From contig OX597828.1 of the NCBI GenBank assembly GCA_951406725.2, positions 77,314,001-77,378,000 of the forward strand: a DNA stretch of 64,000 bases, written 5' to 3'. The notes under the pieces were generated by a model. It was not told the DNA's origin. It saw only the letters and a list, made by a program, of their open reading frames with translations, and ran no database searches. This document shows, one piece after another, positions 55,301-64,000 of the stretch (position 1 is its first letter; each line of letters opens with the position of its first letter). Source of the stretch: Octopus vulgaris (taxonomy: Eukaryota). The translations under genes were made by a program, and so were the position numbers.

Positions 55301-56816
55301 ACTCATTGACATTGAAGACAGACTTGCTGAACTGGGTGGAAATGAATTGTCGACGTATGGTCTGCCACAAGCATTCAGGTCAGGGTCAAATAGCCTTCCC
55401 ACTGCTGTCATTCGTGAAACAACCTACGACACTCAAGCGCTTTCAAAGTACATTGTTGAAAATGAGCCTAAATTACTTCCAGACCAGCTGCAGGCCTACA
55501 GAACTATTCTTAATAGTGTACGCCAACGCGAGGGACGACTCTTCTTCCTCGGGAAAAACATTTATTACAAAGCTTCTCCTTGCAGAAGTTAGGCAGCATC
55601 AGGACATTGCAGTAGCCTCCTCTGGCATTGCAGCTATTTTGTTACCCGGTGGCAGGACAGCACACTCAACTTTTAAACTCCCATTCAATTTAGCAGCATC
55701 CGAAATGCCTTCATGCAACATCAACAAAAGCTCAGATTAGGGACAAGTACTTAAAATGTGTCATCTAATTGTCTGGGATGAGTGCACTATGGCTCACAGG
55801 GGAGCTTTGGAAGCATTAGATAGAGCCCTGAAAGACATCCGAGACTGTCAGGCTCCAATGGGAGGTGTAACGCTTCTGTTGTCAGGTGATTTCAGGCAAA
55901 CTTTTCCTGTCATTCCGAAAGGCACTAGAGCAGATGAAGTCCAAGCATGTCTAAAGTCCTCTACCCTGTGGCATCATGTTACAATCCTCAGTCTCACCAT
56001 TAACATGAGAGCTCAGCTACACGGCGACAAAATGTCCACAAATTTTGCCCAGGACATTTTGACACTTGGTGAAGGCAAGATGCCTCTCGATGCTGCAGGA
56101 CAAATGGAAGTGTGGTCATTTTCCTCTGTTGTTAATTCTGTAGATGACCTCAAAAACAAAGTCTTTCCCAACTTCACACAAAACTACCAACATCACAATT
56201 GGCTGTGTGAAAGAGCAATATTAGCTCCAAAAAACGTCGCTGTTAACAAACTTAATCAACAGCTAATGCATTCTCTTCCCGGCACTATACACACTTACAT
56301 GTATGTTGATACAATTCCAGATATAAATGAAGTTGTTAACTATCCTCCTGAATTTCTCAATTCAGTGGAGCCTCCTGGACTACCCCCACACATATTAGCA
56401 TTTAAAGTTGGAACTCCTGTAATGCTACTCCGCAATCTGGAACCACCAAGACTTTGCAATAGAACACGGCTGGTGATAAAGAAAATGATGTCACGCGTTA
56501 TCGAGGCGATCAATCTTTCTGGATGTGGAAAAGGTGATGACGTCTTTATTCCAAGAATTCCTCTTACTCCATCATGAGCAGAAATTCCATTTACATTCAG
56601 AAGACTGCAAAATTCCCCCTTCGTGTCAGCTTTCTCATGTCCATTAACAAATCTCAGGGTCAAACCCTCTCTGTAGCTGGTCTTCTCTTGGAAGAGCCCT
56701 GCTTCTCGCATGGGCAACTGTTTGTTGGCTGCTCAAGAGTAAGAACCAAAGGAAACCTTTTTCTATATGCTCCACAAGGAAAAACAAGGAACATTGTTTA
56801 CAGCGAGGTGTTATAA
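52344..56816 (+). pseudogene. Helitron RepHel (HUH Rep plus Pif1-family helicase), broken by stops and frameshifts
   Basis: Rep motifs: NIRKYNCAFQMTSFG, YDSLQYPLL, PDLFITFTCN, RGLPHAHIL (HUH), SIKYVYKYVNKG. Helicase motifs: GRTAHSTF, IVWDECTM, LSGDFRQ, INKSQGQT, SHGQLFVGCSRV. The Walker A motif is partly deleted near 55550. Confidence 0.95.
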
Positions 56817-56986
56817 TCTCAACAGCCAGGAGGTATATACATGATCCCCTTTTTTTAACAAACTTCGTGTACTTTCATGTTTTTATATTAATATGCATAT
56901 AGATGTGTGTGTGTGTATCCATGTATATATAACAGAAAAGTCTAATTCTTCAATTGAATGTAACCAGGCAGCGCCGGGTATCTCTA

Positions 56987-57025
<39 letters not shown>

Positions 57026-57086
57026 GGTTGAAGCTTTGGCTGTTATTTCTAGTGGGTGAATGGCCTATTATGGCCGTTCCTTGATT

Positions 57087-57145
<59 letters not shown>

Positions 57146-57780
57146 GGGAGCTTCTTTCAATTTCCGTCGACCAAATTTACTTACAAGGCTGTGGTAGGCC
57201 CGGGGTTTATAAAAGAAGGTAGCTCGCAGATGAACTAAACGCAGAACCATGTGGTTGGGAAACATCCTCCTGACCTCACAGCCATGCCAGCGCCTCCATT
57301 TGTCTTTACGTTATGCATGAGCGTGTTTATTTATGTGTATTCCATGTACGCATTTTTAATGTGTGTATATATATATACATATATATATAGGTATTTGCTT
57401 TTATATGCTTCATGTGTACATTTGTGTATGTTTTTGCATCCAGCATGTGCGTAATTCCATGTGTATTTAAGTCTGGTGTCTTTTTTTTACATGGACATAT
57501 GTATATGTATTTTCGCATGTGTGTATCTTTCACGTGCGTATCTATAAACCTGCGTGTATATTTTTGTTATTGGGTGCTTGTATATGTGAGTATACGCATG
57601 CTTGATTATATTTTTATACGCATGCGTGTGAACTGGTGTATATAAGCGCGCGTTAATGTTTCTGTGAAAAAGAAGCCATGAGCGTATGTATACGTTTGTG
57701 TGAAAATTTCTGTAATAATGTATATATGTATACTAGCATGTGTGGGTGAATATAAGAGTATGCATGCGGCTGAGTGCTTG

Positions 57781-57814
<34 letters not shown>

Positions 57815-58478
57815 TGTATGTATGTATGTATGTATGTATGTGTATACATGTGTGAGAGTTTGATGCTTCGTGATTTATTTTATATTTAGTTCTTTTCAAT
57901 TATAATAATTTTTCGTCTTTATGTTTATTTCTTTTGGAAATATAAAAAAATTTAAATATTTTTATGAGTGACATTTTTATTCAAATTTTGCTTTTTCATT
58001 GTCAAAAAATATTTCTTGATAGTTTTATACATCCTGTGTGCCATTAATGATAGATTTTATATATTCTCTATACCATTAATGGTGGCGTGTCCCCAATCCT
58101 AATAATACTGTGGCCATTATTCTTATTTTCCTTTACTTCTTACTACTTTCAATCATTGACTGCAGCCAGCAATGGAGGCGCTGCCTTGCAGATACCCACA
58201 GCAATGCAACGATATTGAAGGCACTACTTACAAACTATTTACTGCATCGCATGCAATGTCACCACGCAATTTTAAAAGTATTTACCGCATTATAGCCACA
58301 CGTTGGAACTACTTACTTGAAAGTACGCATTGCATCTGGCCATGCTACAGTCACTGCCCTTAATTTGATAATTCCACAGCGGCCATGTTGGCGGCACTGC
58401 CTTGAAGTTAATCGTTTCGTTGCAGCCATGTTGCAGGTATTGCTTCCATTTTATTTCATTGATCTGTATTCAACGGAT

Positions 58479-58848
58479 TCTGTTGTGTCTGGGGAGAGTC
58501 ATTTTCTTTTTGTGCCGTATGATTTAACACACTCACTGGTAAAATTTCCACTAATTTCTAATTTTTATTTTCCTAAAATTTTCGTTGCGTCTTGCAACCT
58601 TTTCAATAGTCTTTACTCTGTCCAGGGAACGCAGTGCAAATAACGGACAGAGTCAAGACTATTGAAAAGGTTGCAAGACGCAACGAACATTTTAGGAAAA
58701 TAAAAATTAGAAATAAGTGGAAATTTTACCGGTGAGTGAGTTACATTATACGGCACAAAAGGAAAATAACTCTCCCCAGACACAACAGAAAATGCTTCAA
58801 CACACGAACTCATATAAAGAATCTTGCAAACCAAATCCTTAAACGAAA
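58479..58848. mobile_element. ORF-less PLE-type foldback element: arms 58479-58623 and 58645-58790, right-hand tail to 58848, probable 12-bp TSD
   Basis: Inverted arms with a 21-bp spacer; flanking direct repeat tattcaacg(g/a)at at 58467-58478 and 58849-58860; hammerhead-like TTGAAAA-G-GTTGC AAGAC GCAAC-GAA in each arm. Confidence 0.75.
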
Positions 58849-59799
58849 TATTCAACGAATGTTTTACAAAATTATGTAATTTTTTAGCTACAAATACGAT
58901 AAGTTATTTACACTGGTTTCCATCTTTGCACGTAACACGAGCGTGCGCGTGCCAGCACGCACGCACACACCAACGTAAGGTATTTTTGAATGTACTCTAC
59001 ATTCTGAATGCATTGTATCATTTGTTTTCTAATTGCAGATCACTTTTATTCACATGATTACTTATACGTAATATATGTGCATACATGTGTGCTTGTATAT
59101 GTATATTTTTACATAAAGCTGTCGCTTTATAAGATCTGTTCAGAGTCGCCTCTCTTAGGTACTTCCTATTGATAAAAGCCAACGAGCTAGAAACATCGAT
59201 GTCTGGGAATCTTGATAGATGGCGACGTTGAACAGATAGCGTGTTTTCACACCATTTTAGCAAAAGAGAAAAATTTTCTTTACGGTCACTACAGTTGAAA
59301 TATGCCACAAACACTAACATGTGTGCACGAGTGAGCGTGTGTGCGTGTATGGGTATGTATGAGTGGAGTGAGTGTGTATGTGAGTGTGTTGATTTAGATG
59401 TACAACGGCAACTCGTTAGTTTAGAGCTCCATAAAGAATATCAACATCCTGTCTTCTGCCGGTATAGTGGTATGGTTACTATAGTACTTCGTAGAATTAC
59501 TGGTCATAATTTATAGAACAAATATAGATATTTACTACTAAATGTGTGTGGTTGTGTCATAGATGACAATTCGCTATTTTGCAATAATAACAACTTTTTA
59601 AACCTGGCAAAAGAATTTCATTGTAAAATTTCTTGATACACTCCGCCATTCTTAATTTGAAGTGGAGCATTGATTTGCATCATTGAACTGCTGGGCTACG
59701 GTCACGAATAGATTTACATCTCACTTGAGATTTATTTGAAAAATAGAATTTTATTCATTTTAAATTGATTATTGAAAATACCGATTTATATTTAGATAT

Positions 59800-60011
59800 T
59801 GGTTTTAAATTTTGGCAGAAGGCCAACAATTTCATTGCGGGTGTATGTTGATTACATCGACACCATTGTTCAACTGGTACTTATCCTATCGACCCTGAAA
59901 GGATGAAAGGCAAAATTGACCTCGGTGGATTTTGAACTCAGAACCTAAAGCCAGTAGAAACGCCGCTAAGCAATTTCTCCAGTGTGCTAAAGATTCTGCC
60001 AGCTCGCCGCC
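59800..60011 (-). mobile_element. SINE family B
   Basis: caactggtacttat...gaaaggatgaaaggcaaa...tttgaactcagaac...ctgccagctcgccgcc. Confidence 0.8.
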
Positions 60012-60613
60012 ATTCTATATTGAATCGCATAAACTCTTTTCATAGAGGTGTACCACTACGATAAGGTGTGAAGTCGCATCGCTCAGTGCTTAGGGTGTTC
60101 CAATCACGATTTTGTAATCATGGTTTCGATGCTCAGATCAAACACATTTCACGAGGCTCCTTCCACACCTCTGAACTTGACCAACCCTGCGACGAACAGG
60201 TGTCCCATTCAAGTGGAATATTGTGACCTTGGTCACTTATACCCCATGGAAACCGGGCAACCGGCTCCATAGATCCTATGAGTTTGGACAATATAAACCT
60301 TGTTACGTAACGTAGATAAACGCGAACACATTTTTTATATCTCTCTGTTGGCATAAAGTATAACGATCTGCCTGATAGTTTCATCTTTATTTGGAGGATT
60401 TTGAGAACAAAAAATATCTACCTTTTCTGCCCATTTTGACAGTTTGTAGATTTATTAGACACCAAGCATGACCCAGCTGAAATTGTAGGAACATCTATAT
60501 AAAAACAGTTCAGATGATTAAAAATACACTGTGCTGTAGATATTTATTAATTAAATAATAATGGCCAACAAATGCATGATTTTTCAAATTAGCTATTTCA
60601 GTTGTTCTGGTTC

Positions 60614-60714
60614 GTGTTTGATATCAACAGCTGAATGCTAAGAATGTGTTTGATATCAACAGCTGAATGCTAAGAACGTGTTTGATATCAACAGCTGAAA
60701 GCTAAGAGCGTGTT
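60614..60714. repeat. 32-bp tandem repeat x3
   Basis: Unit gtgtttgatatcaacagctgaatgctaagaa(t/c). Confidence 0.9.
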
Positions 60715-60767
60715 CTCTAATGAATATCCAAATAGAGATGAAACTAGTTAGGACACTGACAAAAGTT

Positions 60768-60837
<70 letters not shown>

Positions 60838-61484
60838 GGAAATATACAAAAAAAATGTTTACAGTTAGCAAGATTTAGTTTAAAATTGTAGATATAGCGA
60901 TAATAAAATTTTTTAGATGATTAAATTTATTTACGCTAAAAACTTGTTTTTCTTTCAATTTTCTTTAAGTGTTCAAGATTTTTTTTATTGTTTAAGAAGA
61001 TTTGTTAAAGAACAAAATGTTGCATCTTAGTCTCTTTGGAATTTCAACATTTTTAACGGAACATGAATTTATGTCATTTAAAATATGTATTTTCCTATCT
61101 AATACTTTGTAGCTTTTAATGGTTGTTTTAATAAAAAAAAAAGGTCCCTAGTTGTATATTTTCAGCTATTCTTATTAATTGTTTTAGTTAAATTTGTAAT
61201 TATTGTTATTTTTTTGTTTTTCACCTCTCTCTGCCTAAAATGCAATTACTTTCATCACACCCGTCTGATTGTCCTGAGACGCATTTCATTAAAAAGTCAG
61301 GAAACCACAATTCTCTACTTTAAGTTGTTTGAATATTTTTTGTCTCAACTGTTTAATGTTTTTGTGCGGGAAGGTTCTTTCGGTCGAGTGATTTTTTAAA
61401 GCCGTGTTTACATGGTTAGATGTTAATAATGAACTCTATAAACTGACTGTAGACTGGTATTTGCTTTTGGCAGTATGTGTGTGT

Positions 61485-62182
61485 GTGATCACTAACGATG
61501 TCGACGTGATTGCTTCCATTCATCTTCCCACACGGCCTCGCACTCAACACGGAGGCCTACATCAAGTGTCTGGCGGAGGTAGTGCTGCCTTGGGTCAAGA
61601 GGGTGGTTGCAGGAAGACCCAATGTCTGGCAGCAGGACTCTGCACCATGACACACAAGCAAGAGAACCCAGTCATGGCTGTCGAACAATTTCTGCGACCA
61701 CATCACCCCTAGCATTTGCCACCTAATTTCCCAACACTTGATTATTGTATGTGAGGCGCAGTTGAGTGAGAGACCAACAAAACTCTTTCTAACACAAAAG
61801 ATGAACTGAAGGCAAGGACTATGGCATAATTCACCAATTCAAAAAAGGAGACCGTCCGGAAAAGATGCAGGGGACTCCGAAGTCGTCTGGAGTTTGTGGT
61901 TGAAGCCAATGGCGATTTTATTGAATAAGTATTTCAAGATATTTTAATGCAATTTTGGTAAATATATGAAGTAGAACACTGTTACTGGTTGGCGTCTAAT
62001 GGACTGTGTCACAATATAAATGGACATGCGCACAGAGCCTTCAACATTGGTGATGAGGTTTCGAATAGTACCAAAATGGAAGAGTTACTGAAGGCAATCG
62101 TAAAACAAGAGCAGAGTAAAACCGAGAATTGCGTATCGTCGAGGGTTATTACCAGTATCTTGAGTAGAATGATTAGCAAGGA

Positions 62183-62213
<31 letters not shown>

Positions 62214-62232
62214 ATTATTATTATTATTATTA

Positions 62233-62272
<40 letters not shown>

Positions 62273-62617
62273 GTTTTTTCCTTCTTTCTTCAAATTTTCT
62301 TCCGTTTCTCGCCGAGTGTTTTCCATACACCTAGGGCAGAGAAGCTCATTGCATGCATTCCCAGATTACACGCGCAAATTCACAGATAAAATATGTATTT
62401 AAAAATTAATAAATAAATAAATTCATGGATGGATGTTATTTTCACAGCGATAGTGCTCTTCTCAGTACATGAGCCGTTCCATATAATACGATTTTTTGCA
62501 CTTCCTGTAGGGATGGTAAGCCTGGAATCATTTTCAAATAGGTTTCAGTACCTTTTTTTATCATTCCTAGAGATCCTACAATCACTGGTACTGTAGTCGC
62601 CTTATTATCATTATTAT

Positions 62618-62667
<50 letters not shown>

Positions 62668-62786
62668 ATATCCCATTATATCGTTCGTCGAACATGCGAT
62701 ACAACATATGTTAAAATGAGATGCCAGGTTTTTTTTTGGGGGGGGGCATTTGCATTTAAAGCCGACAATATATTCCCCACACCCTG
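61485..62786 (+). mobile_element. Second decayed DD37D (maT-type) copy, split by a ~740-bp insertion (61968-62705)
   Basis: 61485-61967 aligns to 12705-13195. Alignment resumes at tgttaaaatgagatg (about 62709) and ends cgacaatatattccccacaccctg, like the right TIR at 13243-13266. Confidence 0.75.
62273..62603 (-). mobile_element. 3' tip of a Dong/R4-type LINE in (TAA)n
   Basis: Minus translation KATTVPVIVGSLGMIKKG...EVQKIVLYGTAHVLRRALSL* matches the end of the 24567-24806 ORF; UTR then (TAA)n. Confidence 0.85.
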
Positions 62787-63349
62787 TGTACATACACGCA
62801 CACACATATATACAAATACTATATATATGACGGGTTTCTCACAGTTTCCCGCTACCAAATCCACTCACGAGGCTTTGGTCAGTCCGAGGCTATAGTTAAA
62901 GACACTCTTTTAGGGTGCCACGCAGCGGACTGAACCATGAACCATGTCGGTAGGAAGCAAGCTTGTTACCTCACAGTCACGCCAATATCTTTTTACCACA
63001 CTAGTTACTACATCAGCAACAAATCTTCTATAAATAGAACGACAAACCACACATATAGCAATTTAGATACCCAATATAGCAACAATATAGAGAGTTTGTG
63101 ACATTATTTTTTTCCGGAAAATATTTTAAAATTCTGTTTTCAATATTCGAACTTCAAACGTTCGGACTTTTCCTGTTTACAGACGATTTGAGTGTGAGTG
63201 TAGGGGAAGGAAGTATGTGTGTGTATGAATATGTATGTATACATACAAACACACCACACACATCTACGTGGCACCCTAGGAGAGTGTCTTTAACTATATA
63301 TGTGTGTGTGGGTTTGTGTGTGTGCATGCGTGTATGTCTACTACTACTA

Positions 63350-63764
63350 ATATAGGATGAGGTTTTTTTACAGAAAAAAATTCCATCAAAAAATGTGGCA
63401 GCATATTAAAATACCTTTAGGGTTAAAATTATAAGCAACTTATAAATAAGGGCTAAAGAAAATTATTTCTATGCCAATATGCTGATGACAAACTTTGGAA
63501 AAAAGGGCGCATGTAAGTATCTTATTTATGTCTTTTCGTATTTTCTACTGAAGAGGAAGAAATCTATTATGAGATTAATTCCGAAATTGATTCAATATAG
63601 AAATAACGAACTTTTTTTTAAAATTCTATTGGCTAGCTTTCCTCGATTTCAGCTCTACGTGTTTTCTGTAGCGAGTAAATAATATGTGGAAATTGACGAT
63701 TTAAAAGTCTGTTATCAGCATATTGGCATAGAAATAATTTTCTTTAGCCCTTATTTATAAGTTG
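63350..63764. mobile_element. ORF-less PLE-type foldback element related to 30704-31484: tail 63350-63435, 61-bp inverted arms 63436-63496 and 63704-63764
   Basis: Arms caacttataaataagggctaaagaaaattatttctatgccaatatgctga are inverted; tail gcagcatattaaaatacctttagggttaaaatt resembles 30755-30790; (TA)n follows at right. Confidence 0.8.
63542..63603 (+). ncRNA. Type-I hammerhead ribozyme motif, canonical core
   Basis: Reads TTTCTA-CTGAAGA-GGAAGAAATCTATTATGAGATTAATTCC-GAA-ATTGATTCAAT-A-TAGAAA. Helix I is 6 bp, helix II is extended, helix III is palindromic. Confidence 0.88.
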
Positions 63765-63790
63765 TATGTATATATATATATATATATATG

Positions 63791-64000
63791 GAGCACTCCG
63801 TCGGTTACGATAACGAGGGGCCCAGCTGATACGATTAACGGAACAACTTGCCCGTGAAATTAATGTGCATTTGGCTGACCATTCCACATACACATGAACC
63901 CTTAAGGTAGTTCTTACGGAGATGCGTCGTGACACAGACTGTGACAAGGCTGGCCCCTTTGAATTACAGGTACTAATCATTCTTACCAGCTGAGTGAACT
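63791..64000 (-). mobile_element. SINE family C, 3' part (runs off the window)
   Basis: gcactccgtcggttacga...gtgacaaggctggcccctttgaa...ccagctgagtgaact. Confidence 0.8.

Larger units (their letters stand above)
48677..56987 (+). mobile_element. Autonomous-type Helitron, decayed (~8.3 kb)
   Basis: 5' end is homologous to 33137, RepHel remnants span 52344-56816, and the 3' hairpin CCAGGCAGCGCCGGG (56964-56978) is followed by CTAG|T (56984-56987). (TA)n flanks both sides. The 5' boundary is less certain than the 3' one. Confidence 0.85.

Overview
AT-rich, microsatellite-saturated eukaryotic DNA with no host protein-coding exon that I can support. The SINE families and repeat density resemble octopus/coleoid cephalopod DNA (inference from memory, not a database hit). 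Almost all short ORFs in the track are translations of (TA)n, (CA)n, (GATA)n, (TACA)n, (TAA)n, (GAT)n and (TAG)n repeats. The real coding content is transposon-derived: a 5'-truncated Neptune-type Penelope-like element (PLE, about 1-1750, -), an intact DD41D Tc1/mariner element (3864-5112), a Tx1/L1-type LINE inside (GATA)n (6531-8802, -), two decayed DD37D elements, a near full-length Dong/R4 LINE plus two fragments in (TAA)n, an 8.3-kb decayed Helitron (48677-56987) with a 1-kb non-autonomous relative (33137-34157), and many tRNA-derived SINEs. The most striking signal is a set of five short ORF-less foldback elements (about 3.0, 14.0, 31.0, 58.6 and 63.6 kb). They share one plan (one-sided tail, inverted arms, mostly TA-repeat flanks) and carry minimal type-I hammerhead ribozyme motifs with palindromic helix III. 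Some have the compensatory U3:A8 core, as does the hammerhead at the 3' end of the Neptune PLE. All alignments and folds were done by eye, so boundaries are approximate unless a motif is quoted.
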